DNA from: a virus
Strand: one strand, 5' to 3'
DNA: 64,000 bases
IMG/VR virus record: IMGVR_UViG_3300028840_003497
Location: 64,001-128,000 of that record
The position numbers were made by a program, and so were the translations under genes. This document shows, one piece after another, positions 10,058 through 20,727 of this stretch. The notes below the pieces were generated by a model, which had not been told where the DNA came from, ran no database searches, and saw nothing but the letters and a program-made list of their open reading frames with translations. Position 1 is the stretch's first letter, and each line of letters opens with the position of its first letter.

Positions 10058-10582
10058 TCACTCCTTCTTAGGGATATTCATCTTCTCACGAATCGCAGAC
10101 AGATCGTCTTTCTGGTCATCAATCTTGTCGCCGAGCTTCTTGACGTTCTCTTTTAATTCCCCCTGGACTTCCTTGATGGTGTCGAGCTTCGTCTCGTGGA
10201 CACTTTGATCAGTATGCATCTCCTGTTGCTGATCACCAATCCTCTGAATCCCGTCCGAATTCCTTGAAACGCGAACGTTCATATTTTGAAAACTGAAAAA
10301 CAGCGCTCCAGAAGCAAAAACAATAGGAATAAACCAAACGATTAGCTTGGCCCATGTGTCACGAGACAACCCGAGGGGACCTTTGTCATTCTTTGGAGGG
10401 AGATAGTTGCACGACGTGCAGTGTTCGGAGTTATGGTTTGATTCGTAATGCCCGACATCAGAAGGGGAAAGAGCAACGGATTCTGGGGAACCTTTCACGT
10501 CGACCTCCTTATCAATAAGAGTATCCACAATTAGATACGAAGTCCACATAAAATATGTATCAGGGAATGATGTTAAGCGCAA
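10058..10582 (-). CDS. single-TM + coiled-coil membrane protein; true start probably later
   Basis: Hydrophobic segment LIVWFIPIVFASGALFFSF followed by a heptad-rich tail. Confidence 0.5.
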   Translation of the reverse strand: MRLTSFPDTYFMWTSYLIVDTLIDKEVDVKGSPESVALSPSDVGHYESNHNSEHCTSCNYLPPKNDKGPLGLSRDTWAKLIVWFIPIVFASGALFFSFQNMNVRVSRNSDGIQRIGDQQQEMHTDQSVHETKLDTIKEVQGELKENVKKLGDKIDDQKDDLSAIREKMNIPKKE

Positions 10583-10607
10583 TCAAAAAAACAGAACAGG
10601 TCGCGAA

Positions 10608-11465
10608 CTACTCCTCGGGCTCGTCACCATCGTATTCGGCATTTTCGGATGTGCCATCGCCTTTGTCCCGACTCTCCAACTCCTCGATCAGACCGGCACC
10701 GTACGCTACACTGTCGTCTTCCTCAACGTATGCGATGAGCCGAACACCGAGGTTCTTCTCCATCTTGCGGAACACGTCTTGGATCGACTCGATTCCGGCA
10801 TTCGTTCCCAAATACTCCGTGCAAATAAGATCGAGGTTGTTGCCTGGCTTCTCGCTTCCCGAGATTTCCCCAGCCTTTTCCAATGCCCGGCTGACGTTCT
10901 TGTGTTGCTCGGGGAAGAGTTTGAAATTCATTGGTTTCGGCTTCTCCTCGCCGCCCTCATCTCCTTCTCCGTCTCCACCTCCGCCACCCTCACCCTTGGC
11001 ATCTTTGAGCATCTTGTCGATCTCGACAACAGATTTCCCGGCGACCTTATTGCGCCATTCAGATGCGTTCTCGACAGTCACAATGTGCATGAGCATACGA
11101 GCTTTCGTCCACCCAAGACCCCGCATCCACTGCTGAATATTGGCTGGCATTTTCTTGAACCACTCCTGCAACTGCACAAGAAACTGAGCCTTTCGGATAT
11201 GAATCTGCAGTTCTTTCTCGACATATTCGCGAAAGGAATCAAAGCCCCAGTCCCGATACATATCCTCGTCGTAAGCGGTCTCCAGCACGACAGCCAGATC
11301 CCAATTCTTGTCTTCGGTCTCAGCAAGTAACCGCAGAATTTTGTCTCTGATCTCCTTGTTACCGTACTTGCTTTCCTCGTTTTCACCCTCACCAACTACA
11401 GCCAGATCCAAACCATCCTTGGTTTCGTCAACCTTAGCTTTCTTTACTTTCTTCTTTGCCACCAT
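10608..11465 (-). CDS. putative DNA-binding phage protein (DUF3102-like/HTH)
   Basis: W.L...L......Y...GF.SF.EY...EL...A pattern; AGGAG RBS. Confidence 0.55.
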   Translation of the reverse strand: MVAKKKVKKAKVDETKDGLDLAVVGEGENEESKYGNKEIRDKILRLLAETEDKNWDLAVVLETAYDEDMYRDWGFDSFREYVEKELQIHIRKAQFLVQLQEWFKKMPANIQQWMRGLGWTKARMLMHIVTVENASEWRNKVAGKSVVEIDKMLKDAKGEGGGGGDGEGDEGGEEKPKPMNFKLFPEQHKNVSRALEKAGEISGSEKPGNNLDLICTEYLGTNAGIESIQDVFRKMEKNLGVRLIAYVEEDDSVAYGAGLIEELESRDKGDGTSENAEYDGDEPEE

Positions 11466-12000
11466 TGTCTATCTCCTTGTTTTGCAACCGTAAACATTCA
11501 GCAATCACATATGCATCTGCAATATTGTCATCGCTTACCTTGAAACCGCGCTCACACACGGCTTTGATTATTTCTTTCTTGCCCTTCCTCCCTTTGGAGA
11601 AGCGGCCCTTTCCAAGCACTCTCTTCCTGGCAGAAGAGGCCACGATCATAGTAGGAATGAGACCCAGAGCAAGCCACAACTGCGATTTGACAGTACCCTG
11701 AATCTCTCCGAGGTCGTTCTGTTTTCCACTCGCACCGAAAGCATACTGCTCAATGGCTATTTCGATGACATCTGCCACACGAACATGCCGTGTCTCCACC
11801 GACCGACACATTTTAACGATACCATTGGCAATATAGACCAGCCTTTCGATTTTTTTCTTGACAGATGCATCCCTCGGAAGCTCCCAGCCCCAGAGCCCAT
11901 GGTCTACAACCTTACCATCCTGGTTAACCACCACCGCAGCAGCTGCCCTGACCGACAAGTCAAGCCCAATGAAAAATCGCTCTTTGCACACCATGATCAT
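11434..12000 (-). CDS. ruvC: RuvC-like Holliday junction resolvase
   Basis: IGLDLS, IAIEQY, LGEIQG, DNIADAY. Confidence 0.85.
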   Translation of the reverse strand: MIMVCKERFFIGLDLSVRAAAAVVVNQDGKVVDHGLWGWELPRDASVKKKIERLVYIANGIVKMCRSVETRHVRVADVIEIAIEQYAFGASGKQNDLGEIQGTVKSQLWLALGLIPTMIVASSARKRVLGKGRFSKGRKGKKEIIKAVCERGFKVSDDNIADAYVIAECLRLQNKEIDNGGKEESKES

Positions 12001-12581
12001 CAATACGTCCCGCAAGACAACCGGATACCCTTCGCCAGCACATGCGGCATCCCGCCAGGATCTATGGTCACTCTCTCTAGCAACCGGTGCCAAACAAAAA
12101 CTTGTTCATAAATGTCGTCACTCGGGATCACGCCAACAAAGGCATACCTCGGATCGTTTCTATTGATACGGTCGAGCAGGTTCCGGCGTGCCCTCTCGCG
12201 AGAAAACAATTTCCTGTCCTTGCTCGTGCATACCGAGAAGTATGCGTTGACATATTTTCCGTACAAATCCTCACGCACCACCTTGTAGGCCACAGCGATC
12301 ACAAAGTTACCAACCTCCTCGTAAAAAAGGTTGTATCCCTTGCTCAGGATCGCATCAAACACTGACTTCCTTTCTGCCTTGCGGGCATCACGAGCAACCT
12401 GCACCTCCATGTCACGTTCAATCTTGCGCCGGTAATGGATCAAGGAAAGGATCATCGCCCCTTCCTGCTTATCCTCCGGAACATTGTGGAGCCACAATGG
12501 AACTTCGAAAGGAATCTCCAACTCGTCAGCCTTCTCTCTCCCCGCCGCTATAACGGCATCTCTAATTGTTTGATTCGTCAT
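12000..12581 (-). CDS. hypothetical protein
   Basis: Start reassigned to MTNQ to avoid full overlap with the upstream gene. Confidence 0.55.
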   Translation of the reverse strand: MTNQTIRDAVIAAGREKADELEIPFEVPLWLHNVPEDKQEGAMILSLIHYRRKIERDMEVQVARDARKAERKSVFDAILSKGYNLFYEEVGNFVIAVAYKVVREDLYGKYVNAYFSVCTSKDRKLFSRERARRNLLDRINRNDPRYAFVGVIPSDDIYEQVFVWHRLLERVTIDPGGMPHVLAKGIRLSCGTY

Positions 12582-13188
12582 CGTCTCTATCCTTATGTCG
12601 AGACGCCGAGATCGCAACCAAATCGTGCCCACCTCGCATCTCAGTACAAATCGCCAGCGCGTCTTCCAGGAGCACCGGCTTGTAATTCCACACGTCGACA
12701 CCAACATCGACGATATTATCGAGAGATCGATACATCCCGTGAAGATGCCCATGAAGTACCGGCTTGTCCTTCGGCCACACAGTCGCGTCCGCAGGATCGT
12801 GTGTCACGAGTATCCCTCCCGGCAAGACGAGCGAAGTCGCAGCCAAAACGAAACCGCGATTCAAATACCACTTCGGCTTGAATCGATCATGGTTTCCAAA
12901 CACAAGCACCTTAACACCTGGCATTTTCGAGATGATCTTCTCCACGTAATTGTCCCGCATGGGGCCAAACAATGTAAGATCCCCAGCAATAATAAACAGA
13001 TCGTTCTCGCCAACACAATCGTTCATATTGCGAATCAGACCCTCATCCATCTTGGCCAAGTTCGCCCACGGACGATTACCCTTCTTCCACACAGTCTCGT
13101 GGCCAAAGTGCAAATCAGCCGTGAGCCAGATCTTATCGAACCCCATCTCTGTATAGTCAAGCGTTGGCAACATCATAGCATCCCCCAT
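12562..13188 (-). CDS. calcineurin-like metallophosphoesterase
   Basis: ADLHFGH, GD, GNHD, THDP, HGHLH, VGVD. Confidence 0.9.
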   Translation of the reverse strand: MGDAMMLPTLDYTEMGFDKIWLTADLHFGHETVWKKGNRPWANLAKMDEGLIRNMNDCVGENDLFIIAGDLTLFGPMRDNYVEKIISKMPGVKVLVFGNHDRFKPKWYLNRGFVLAATSLVLPGGILVTHDPADATVWPKDKPVLHGHLHGMYRSLDNIVDVGVDVWNYKPVLLEDALAICTEMRGGHDLVAISASRHKDRDDDESNN

Positions 13189-13189
13189 A

Positions 13190-14257
13190 TCAACCTGCCT
13201 TTTTCTTTCGCTTTCTGACACCAAAACAAAGATCACGCCCGTCGCAGAACTTTGGTTTTCCCTTCGATTTCATCTGGCATTCCGTAAGCCGAGGCATCTC
13301 CTCTGCCGCAGCCCGCATAACAAGACGCACGCTTTCCATTGCCTCGGACTCAAGATCCTTAAAGGCCACCGTGTTCTCATCACAAACCAACGCAGTCTGA
13401 TCATCACGGATCCTGTCAATAGCCGCGACCGCCAAGATGCAAGACCGAAACCTGTCCTGGATCTCCTCGATGATCGACTCGTCACGATTGACGAGATGTT
13501 CGATCATCCCAGATGCCAAACTGCGATCTCCTTTAAAAATGTAAATAATCCTAGCCTTCTGGATCCCAGTCGCCCACATCCCAATGTGAGCCTGCTCGAT
13601 ATGCTGAGACCTCGGCCTCCCTCCGAACTTCGGATTCAGGTCATCCTTAGCATCCAACTTCTCCGTCTTGATCTCAACAACCTCCAAGCCTTCATCAGGC
13701 CAATCGAAAATAGCGTCGATCTTCACAACCGCCCTGTAACCAGGAATCCTCAATTTCGGCTCGTCGTACTCCCACCCATCACCGGCTGGTCTCGGACCCC
13801 ATCCACGCTCCAGAGATACACCATCAGGGACCTTGTTCTCAAAACCAACTACTTCCCTCTTAAATTTAGAGGTGTCATCTTCGTCGATCTGCACCCAGCG
13901 CTTCCAACGACCAAGCATGACACCATCCGGGAAGGACGCCAGAGCCTTTTGCTGCATCAGATCGTGATAAGCATGCCCCTGGTCGAAGTTCCAGAGTGTC
14001 TCAGATCGAAACATCACCTTCGGAGCATCAGCCTTCTCCTGTTGAGACGCCATCAGCGCAAACATTCTCGGACACACTTTGTGAACACCCGAGGCTCCGA
14101 TCCACCATTCTTTCCAGATCGGATCGTTCTTGTCGAGGGTGACATTCGCAGCCCCTCTCTCCTCGATCCAATGCTCCTTGAGGGCCTCCACAACTTTGGT
14201 CGAGGCAATACTAATCGGTGGCAGCTCTCTTTGCTGCCTCATATGCTGACCCAACAT
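13190..14257 (-). CDS. Cas4-like PD-(D/E)XK exonuclease with Fe-S cysteines
   Basis: AS....CPR, GHAYH, KIDA, VEIKT, Q motif, three C-terminal Cys. Confidence 0.8.
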   Translation of the reverse strand: MLGQHMRQQRELPPISIASTKVVEALKEHWIEERGAANVTLDKNDPIWKEWWIGASGVHKVCPRMFALMASQQEKADAPKVMFRSETLWNFDQGHAYHDLMQQKALASFPDGVMLGRWKRWVQIDEDDTSKFKREVVGFENKVPDGVSLERGWGPRPAGDGWEYDEPKLRIPGYRAVVKIDAIFDWPDEGLEVVEIKTEKLDAKDDLNPKFGGRPRSQHIEQAHIGMWATGIQKARIIYIFKGDRSLASGMIEHLVNRDESIIEEIQDRFRSCILAVAAIDRIRDDQTALVCDENTVAFKDLESEAMESVRLVMRAAAEEMPRLTECQMKSKGKPKFCDGRDLCFGVRKRKKKAG

Positions 14258-14302
14258 TCAACCTCCTCCGGCAATCTATGCCGACATCAACTCTACATTT
14301 TT

Positions 14303-14686
14303 TCAACCGGACTTCTGCATCCCAGCCTTTTTGTCAATTTCATTAACCCGGAAAGTAATATGACATACGGATTCGTCATCACTGATTCCTCCGTAAAACT
14401 GCGAGAGATGCCCGAACCACACCTCACCATTGGCAAATCCATCCGTAATAGGTAGCCTTTTGTCCTTGCGAAACTGTGCCACCGTACCCGGACGCACACT
14501 GACTACTGTTGCCTTCCCAAAGGGGATCGGCTTGCCATCATCCGGGGTCCATGGAAGAAACTTCGAGGTGAAAACCAACTCTCCATTCGCAGAATGCGGA
14601 CATGTGCCTTTGGGATATCTTCTAACAATCCCAGCACATTTTCCTTCCATGATTAAGCGAGTTTCGGTACGTGTGCAACTAAACAT
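14303..14686 (-). CDS. ASCH/PUA-like domain protein
   Basis: LIMEGK...RR, DGF.....F......Y, HITF pattern. Confidence 0.65.
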   Translation of the reverse strand: MFSCTRTETRLIMEGKCAGIVRRYPKGTCPHSANGELVFTSKFLPWTPDDGKPIPFGKATVVSVRPGTVAQFRKDKRLPITDGFANGEVWFGHLSQFYGGISDDESVCHITFRVNEIDKKAGMQKSG

Positions 14687-14702
14687 CTATCAACTCCTTC
14701 AT

Positions 14703-14722
14703 CTGCGAACTTGAGTTCGCAG
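14703..14722. promoter_or_regulatory. palindrome copy 3 (extends to 20 bp)
   Basis: CTGCGAACTTGAGTTCGCAG, intergenic. Confidence 0.8.
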
Positions 14723-14755
14723 CAGCGGGATCGTAATCCCCAACAAAAAACCAGC

Positions 14756-15469
14756 TTAACTCTTTCCGCTCAGCCTGTCCAGACCTAGAAACCTCGATCC
14801 AACCTTACTCAGCAAACGCACAAACGCCAAATCATTCTCCAGCGCATCAAGCCTAGCATCAGCCCCAATGTTAGTACGCGACACACTGGGCGCACCAAAA
14901 GGAGGAGCATCTTCGTGTTCTCTTACCCCAGGATTGGCCTCACATGCCCGCATTCGCTCCAACTCGGCCAAGCGTCCCCGCATACGCTCTAGCTCGGCCT
15001 CTGCGGCCTGCATCAGCGGAGCCTGCGACTGAAGGCGAACCAGCGCCCCTGTAGTGCGTTCCACTACATTCTCCCAGTTCAGATCGTCCCCGTATGCGGC
15101 TTGCATCTTGGACAGCGCCTTGGAAGCCCTTACAACAACGTCCGAGCCTGAAAGGCTTTTCTGTCTGGACTGGATCAGTTCAGTTTGAATCCTGTCCACA
15201 TTCGTATTAGCAACTCCAATCTGAGTCTTCAAATCTGTGTTTTCTAATTGGAGCTTCTGGGATCTCTCTATAAGGAGAGTCAATTCTGCAAGAACAAGTG
15301 CCTGGTTAATTGCCCCATCCTCCGGACAAGTCCCAAGCACCAGCTTCGTTACATCCGAGACAAACGCCTCCAGCCCAGACTGATCACAGCACTTATCATC
15401 CGAGCAATCATTACGATCGCATGAGTGATCCACACCAGATTCACTTCCACATTCAACTTTGTTCTTCAT
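14756..15469 (-). CDS. coiled-coil hypothetical protein
   Basis: 237-aa ORF. Confidence 0.55.
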   Translation of the reverse strand: MKNKVECGSESGVDHSCDRNDCSDDKCCDQSGLEAFVSDVTKLVLGTCPEDGAINQALVLAELTLLIERSQKLQLENTDLKTQIGVANTNVDRIQTELIQSRQKSLSGSDVVVRASKALSKMQAAYGDDLNWENVVERTTGALVRLQSQAPLMQAAEAELERMRGRLAELERMRACEANPGVREHEDAPPFGAPSVSRTNIGADARLDALENDLAFVRLLSKVGSRFLGLDRLSGKS

Positions 15470-15695
15470 TATTCAACCCTTCCACAATCTTTTCCAGCAA
15501 TGAGCAGATAACCTCTGCCTGTGTCTTGTTTTTCATATCCACCGAATCAACGTAATTGGCAACTGAAGCAAAAATGTTGTCAATATCATTCTGAAGTTCC
15601 TTTATCTTGCCACCCTGCACGTACCACCCAGCCCAGAACCCTAACAATACTGACAAAATAAAGAAAACAACCACTACGATAGCAACTACTCCCAT
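15453..15695 (-). CDS. small membrane protein, paralog of 34571..34798
   Basis: TM helix + DNIFA...A.VICSLLEK shared. Confidence 0.65.
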   Translation of the reverse strand: MGVVAIVVVVFFILSVLLGFWAGWYVQGGKIKELQNDIDNIFASVANYVDSVDMKNKTQAEVICSLLEKIVEGLNNEEQS

Positions 15696-16474
15696 GGTAC
15701 CTCCTGCACACGCGCCCACTCGGGCCACGTTTCCATATCCTTGCCCTTACCTTTTTCTCCGTTCGACTTGGCCCAGCCAGATCCGAACTGCTTCATGAAC
15801 ACTTTCACACCCGCCATTTGGCACTGTTCAATGATGTCAAGAGCCCAATGCGGATACATCATCCGCGCCCCAGGTCCAGACTCTCCACCAATAATGACCC
15901 AATTCAAACTATCCGAATCCAGCCACTGCCAGCGCCCCGGCATCACCCCTCCAAAGCCAATGTCCAACTCCTCCAAGAGGGGCTCGCAGCTGAGAAAACG
16001 AACCTGCGACGGACAGTCCAACAGCACGGGCACCCGCGCCATGGCCACCTCGTTGTTCTCCACCGTTGCCCCGTGATAGATGTGCCCGTAGTCCTGCGGG
16101 TAGCCCTGGCGACCCTTCAAGAAGTCCCGCATCCGCTCCGGACGCTTCGTGAGAACCTGAAAGATGTGCCTCGGGTTATTCTCCATCTCGACGTACACGT
16201 CCTCGATGAAGCTCGTCGGGATCGCCCGGTGGAACAGGTCCCCCATCGAGCAAACGAACACCTTCCTCGGCCTCGTCCACCTCGACGGCTGGTCGAGCCG
16301 ATCCGGATGCGTCGTGGGCTTGAACCCGTTCTTGTAGCCCTCCTGCCCCATCGCCTTCAGCCGCCTGGACATCTTCTCGGCGTAGCAGTTGTCGCACCCG
16401 GGGCTGACCTTCGTGCAACCGGTCACCGGGTTCCATGTCGCATCCGTCCACTCAATATTGCTCTTGTCACCCAT
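15686..16474 (-). CDS. phage Gp37/Gp68 family (DUF5131) protein
   Basis: IEWTDATWNPVTGCTKVSPGCDNCYA, SMGDLFH, LTKRP, IGGESG. Confidence 0.92.
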   Translation of the reverse strand: MGDKSNIEWTDATWNPVTGCTKVSPGCDNCYAEKMSRRLKAMGQEGYKNGFKPTTHPDRLDQPSRWTRPRKVFVCSMGDLFHRAIPTSFIEDVYVEMENNPRHIFQVLTKRPERMRDFLKGRQGYPQDYGHIYHGATVENNEVAMARVPVLLDCPSQVRFLSCEPLLEELDIGFGGVMPGRWQWLDSDSLNWVIIGGESGPGARMMYPHWALDIIEQCQMAGVKVFMKQFGSGWAKSNGEKGKGKDMETWPEWARVQEVPWE

Positions 16475-16719
16475 CTACATGCCTCATCATTGTCCTCATA
16501 AAAATCGTAGAATACGCATCTTCAAGAATCAGCCTCAATTCATCCTTAGTATTAGCTCTTCCAATCTCCATCTTCTCACCACGTTCAATAAGACTGAGCA
16601 CGTACAGATCGCCATCCATAACAACCTCCACACCTAATCCCATCTTGTCTTCAATTTCGAACAAGGCCCACCATAACTTAGATAGTCGTTCAACGTGGGG
16701 GCCGAAATTAGGTGTCTTG

Positions 16720-16989
16720 TCACCCATTATGACAGCCAGAAATCGGGACAGCATCAACACACCTTTTCTCAGAGCACGGATGGATCTCTCTATCACCGCT
16801 CCACGGATGAGGATCACTCATGGCTATGAACTCAGCCTCCGCTCCGTTCTTTCCTTTCCAGTAAACAGGCTTAGTCTTATCTGAGTCCTCAAACATACGG
16901 AAAACATCGCCTTTTTTCACGTCACAGATCCCTTTGACACTAATCCATCCGTCACCATTCTTTACCTCAACAATACGTTTTTCACTCAT
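16720..16989 (-). CDS. hypothetical protein
   Basis: GAGGAG RBS. Confidence 0.6.
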   Translation of the reverse strand: MSEKRIVEVKNGDGWISVKGICDVKKGDVFRMFEDSDKTKPVYWKGKNGAEAEFIAMSDPHPWSGDREIHPCSEKRCVDAVPISGCHNG

Positions 16990-17058
16990 CTCTGCTCCTC
17001 GATTCCTTTAGCCTCAGCACCCACGGATCGCACTCCATCTTATTCTCTGGATCAAAAC

Positions 17059-17328
17059 CTATTTGATACTCCTACACGGCGGTGGCTCAGGAGGCTCGGG
17101 TGGATCTAGCAACTTTGATCTGCCTTCTACGTCATATCCGTTATTCGGGGCTCCACACTCTGAGCATCTGTCTCTGTTCAGATTGAACTTCTCGCAATAC
17201 GGACACTTCCACGGATTGTTTTCTTCCCGCGTATCAACGTAGAAAACAACCCTACTCGGCCTATGAGCCTGTAGAGGTTTCGGTCGCGGAACCATTGGTG
17301 GTCCATTTATACCCATATCGACTCCCAT
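17059..17328 (-). CDS. RanBP2-like zinc-finger small protein
   Basis: WKCPYC..N....RCSECGAP. Confidence 0.55.
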   Translation of the reverse strand: MGVDMGINGPPMVPRPKPLQAHRPSRVVFYVDTREENNPWKCPYCEKFNLNRDRCSECGAPNNGYDVEGRSKLLDPPEPPEPPPCRSIK

Positions 17329-17337
17329 CTCATCATC

Positions 17338-17973
17338 TTAGATGCCAGATTCCACGCCACGACTGAGAACAGCTCTTCGCTGCCATTCAGCCGCTACTTT
17401 CAAAAACACCATGTACTCCTCAATTTGACTAGTAGTGTACCCGTATCCAACTGCAAGGTTTTCAAAATTTTTCAACCATTCTTCCGTGTCGTGTAAAATG
17501 CTATTTACTATAATCTGTGTCGAACTCACGACGCAGAGCGGCCCATTCGACGCAATGATGCACAAAGGACGAATCTTCCAATGATCATCAATTACCTCGG
17601 ACTCGCCGCATACCACTACTTTTCCTGAAACACGTGCCTGCCCGGAAACACGTGCCTGCCCACATATCCGAACTGCCCCAGAGATCCTCGCCTGGTCGCA
17701 CACCCAAGACATGCCTGAAACCCAGACTGAGCCAGAAATACTAGCTTCGCCAGAAACACGCGCCAAGTTGTACACACTCACGTCATCAGAAATCCAAGCA
17801 GAACCTTCCTGGGACAAATTGTGCTCAGACTCAATCCAACCACCAAGATCACCAGCCTTTACACCAACGGATGGAATATCAATCAACGCCTGAATTCGGT
17901 GCAATGTACGAGACTTCATATCACCAACAATAATTTTATACTCTTCAGTGAGAGTATACTTTCTATTTTCCAT
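17338..17973 (-). CDS. phage hexapeptide-repeat (left-handed beta-helix) protein
   Basis: LHRIQAL, GDLGGWIESE.NLSQ, ARVSG repeats. Confidence 0.8.
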   Translation of the reverse strand: MENRKYTLTEEYKIIVGDMKSRTLHRIQALIDIPSVGVKAGDLGGWIESEHNLSQEGSAWISDDVSVYNLARVSGEASISGSVWVSGMSWVCDQARISGAVRICGQARVSGQARVSGKVVVCGESEVIDDHWKIRPLCIIASNGPLCVVSSTQIIVNSILHDTEEWLKNFENLAVGYGYTTSQIEEYMVFLKVAAEWQRRAVLSRGVESGI

Positions 17974-18558
17974 CAGAATCTTCCTCCTTAGCCATTCGAC
18001 AGCGAGGATCTACCAATTGATCTTCGCTCACAACACTTACCGTCTTTAATTCAAAATCTTCGATCACGCGAATCCCATCTTCTCGCATGTGCGACTTTTT
18101 GATCGTTCCACTTGGCGCGAACATCGGCTGAACAGGAATAATGTCTTCAGTCTTCACCGGCATCTTCACCTCATCACACTTGGCAATTTCTTCTGGCGTC
18201 ATCGGGCGACTTTCAAAAAAATCTTCTACGAAATTATGATGCCTGATCAGTGGCCTAATCAAACTCCTCGCAAACGCACGCTTCTTTGGAGAAAGATGCT
18301 GTAACGATTCGCGCAATTCTTTCCACTTCTTACGACGAATCTTGCGCTTTACCTTGTCACGCATTCTCTGATTAGAGGTTCTACGTCTCATCTCTGGCCT
18401 CCTTGCTATCAAACTCATCCAGTAAGTCGTCGTCCATTGATTTTCCGTATAGCTTTATGAAACTCCTCACCTCATCTCTCGTGGCCATCCCAGGCTTTCC
18501 CCTGCGAGCGTTTATTGCCTTTCGATATCTATCAGGGACTTCAACGGTGTAACTAATC

Positions 18559-19059
18559 CTAATCTTCATCGCTTGCCTCTTCCAACACTTTTATGACTCG
18601 TTTCATTTGCGCTCCCCTAACTTCTTCCCAGGCTGCTTCCCAGGCTGCTCCCCAGGCTGCTCTCCTGGCTGCTTCCCAGGCTACTTCCCAGGCTGCTTTC
18701 CTGGCTGCTACCCTGGCTATTTCCAACTCTCTATCGGTGATCTTGCCAGCTACCCAGTCTCGTTTAGCCTGTATAGCCACTAGACTGCGAGGATCAGGAT
18801 TCTTCACAGAAGCCAGTGCATCGTCGGCAAAATCGCAGGCAAGCAAATGAAGCTTTTTCTCAGGGATTATTTCGTTGCGTAGCAGTACCCAAAGCCGATC
18901 TTTTGCCGGTATATCCAAGGCGGCGATTTCAAGCGGTGCTAGACTCTTACGCCCTGCCCATAATTTCTCTACTATTTTTCGGGTGTATTCTGCACATGGT
19001 TTCCATTTCATTATTTGTTTAACTGTAATTTCTTTTAGCGTGGACCTATTCATCAACAC
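18559..19059 (-). CDS. phage protein with AAWE repeats
   Basis: DRLW, LLACDFA, AAWE tandem repeats. Confidence 0.7.
   Translation of the reverse strand: MLMNRSTLKEITVKQIMKWKPCAEYTRKIVEKLWAGRKSLAPLEIAALDIPAKDRLWVLLRNEIIPEKKLHLLACDFADDALASVKNPDPRSLVAIQAKRDWVAGKITDRELEIARVAARKAAWEVAWEAARRAAWGAAWEAAWEEVRGAQMKRVIKVLEEASDED
18627..18718. repeat. degenerate 12-bp coding tandem repeat (CCCAGGCTGCTT)
   Basis: Encodes AAWE/AAWG units. Confidence 0.75.
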
Positions 19060-19795
19060 TCCCTATCCCTACCATCGGGCGATTCTTTATGCTCTGTCTG
19101 CTAGTAGCTTTAAGTCTCTCTACCTCGGCCTCCAACTCCTTCACGCGAACCCTCTCCTGTTCCAAGAGCCTGTCCATTCCCCGGTAGTGTTTACCGGCAC
19201 AAAGCCAACACATCCATTCGTCCTTATAAATATCTGGTTTGAAGGCATTCTTAGCCAACCTTGCCTGGCCACAACGACAACACGTCACAGGATCATCACT
19301 CCAACCACCTGAACGCTCAGTCTTGGCGTTCAGTTCAGTCTCTAACCGCTCCACCTCGGCCTTGAGATCGTCGCGTTCACAGACCAGTTCCACCTTTTCT
19401 ATGAGCAATTCGTTGCGTTCTTCTTCTAGCAGTTGATGCTCATGCGGATTGTCTTCACCCCAAACAAATTCTTTGCAAAACGCCCTAAGTCTCTCCACCT
19501 CAGCCTTTAGTTGCTCATCATCACACTCAAGACTTGTTTCAGATCCCAATGCCCTAATGTTTTTGACACCCCATCCGGGCACATCCGCATCCATTTCCCA
19601 CCCTATATATGGTTTCATCTTTGGTGGTAAAAAATGATTCAAATGAAAACGCTTCTTTTCGCCATCTGGCAAGTAAACGGAAGCACAACAACCTTCTTCG
19701 TAATCTTCGGCTATCATGCACCTGAGCATGATTTCTTTACCTTTTTTTATTCTTGCATCAGGACTGTATTGCCTATGTCTTTCTTCTGCCTTCAT
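19046..19795 (-). CDS. mosaic coiled-coil phage protein
   Basis: Three L.AEVERL modules and CxxC pairs. Confidence 0.6.
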   Translation of the reverse strand: MKAEERHRQYSPDARIKKGKEIMLRCMIAEDYEEGCCASVYLPDGEKKRFHLNHFLPPKMKPYIGWEMDADVPGWGVKNIRALGSETSLECDDEQLKAEVERLRAFCKEFVWGEDNPHEHQLLEEERNELLIEKVELVCERDDLKAEVERLETELNAKTERSGGWSDDPVTCCRCGQARLAKNAFKPDIYKDEWMCWLCAGKHYRGMDRLLEQERVRVKELEAEVERLKATSRQSIKNRPMVGIGSVDE

Positions 19796-20727
19796 CTCTC
19801 AGTTCCCCTTGTAATGTGGACATGTATTTAAGTGACTCGACTCAGGAACGACTATCCCGTCAGGATCCACTAATGTTACAAATCCGCACTCGGGACAGTA
19901 TTTGCCCTCAATATCGACATGTTCTGGAGGCTCGATTCGTACCGGATCTATGGTGCGTGGGTTTCCTCCTAGAACCTTGTCAACTAAAGCAGTAACACTT
20001 TCGACCCCGTTCCCCTCCAACACAATATGAATATCAACTCTGTTATTATCGTCGCTCATCAATCCTCCTCAATCCGGCCCACTGGCTAATTATTCTTCTC
20101 CACGTTTATAATCGCGCATCGCCTGCGCCATATCCTTCAGCGCCTCGGAAAGCGCCATACATCCTGCTGGACTCGTAGCCACAATTGGAGGTGTCTGCCC
20201 GTTCCCCTTGCGATCGTCCACGACAACCACGCTCCGCCCCAGTTCGTTAACGCGCAGGACCAGGGTTAAAGGGCCACCTGTGCCGACTGGAATTGTAGTA
20301 ATCGTTCCCATTTCAGTCCTCCTCTATCTCATCGGAACAGATCGGTCTCTCGGCCTTAACGGACCTGTACGCTATGCTACTCTCCACAAAGCACACCTGA
20401 TCGCAAGCGGAACAATCCTGAAGACCGGCCAGCAAATGATGAGGGATCCCGACCTTCTCTCCACACCACGGACAGACCGGATGAAAGCGCCACGCGTTCT
20501 TCTTCGGTGCCCCCTTGATTTCCGTAACCTGCAACCCGACTATCGGCGCAACGTGATCGCCCATGCCGCTCATCTCAATTCCATCGATCACGAATATCGT
20601 GTTTTCGTGAGACACATGCATCCCGGCGGTGAACGGTACCGGGTACTTGCGCGTATCCACAGCGATCACGGTCCCGCGACCATTGATCTGGTCAATACTC
20701 TCAACATCGTGTAAATTAATCATTGAC

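Noticed and set aside
13190-14257. CRISPR-Cas system suggested by the Cas4-like gene
   Set aside because: No repeat-spacer array or other cas genes; solo Cas4-like nucleases are common in phage recombination modules.
18627-18718. Tandem repeat as a CRISPR array or DGR element
   Set aside because: In-frame 12-bp coding repeat (AAWE) with no spacers, and no reverse transcriptase in the window.
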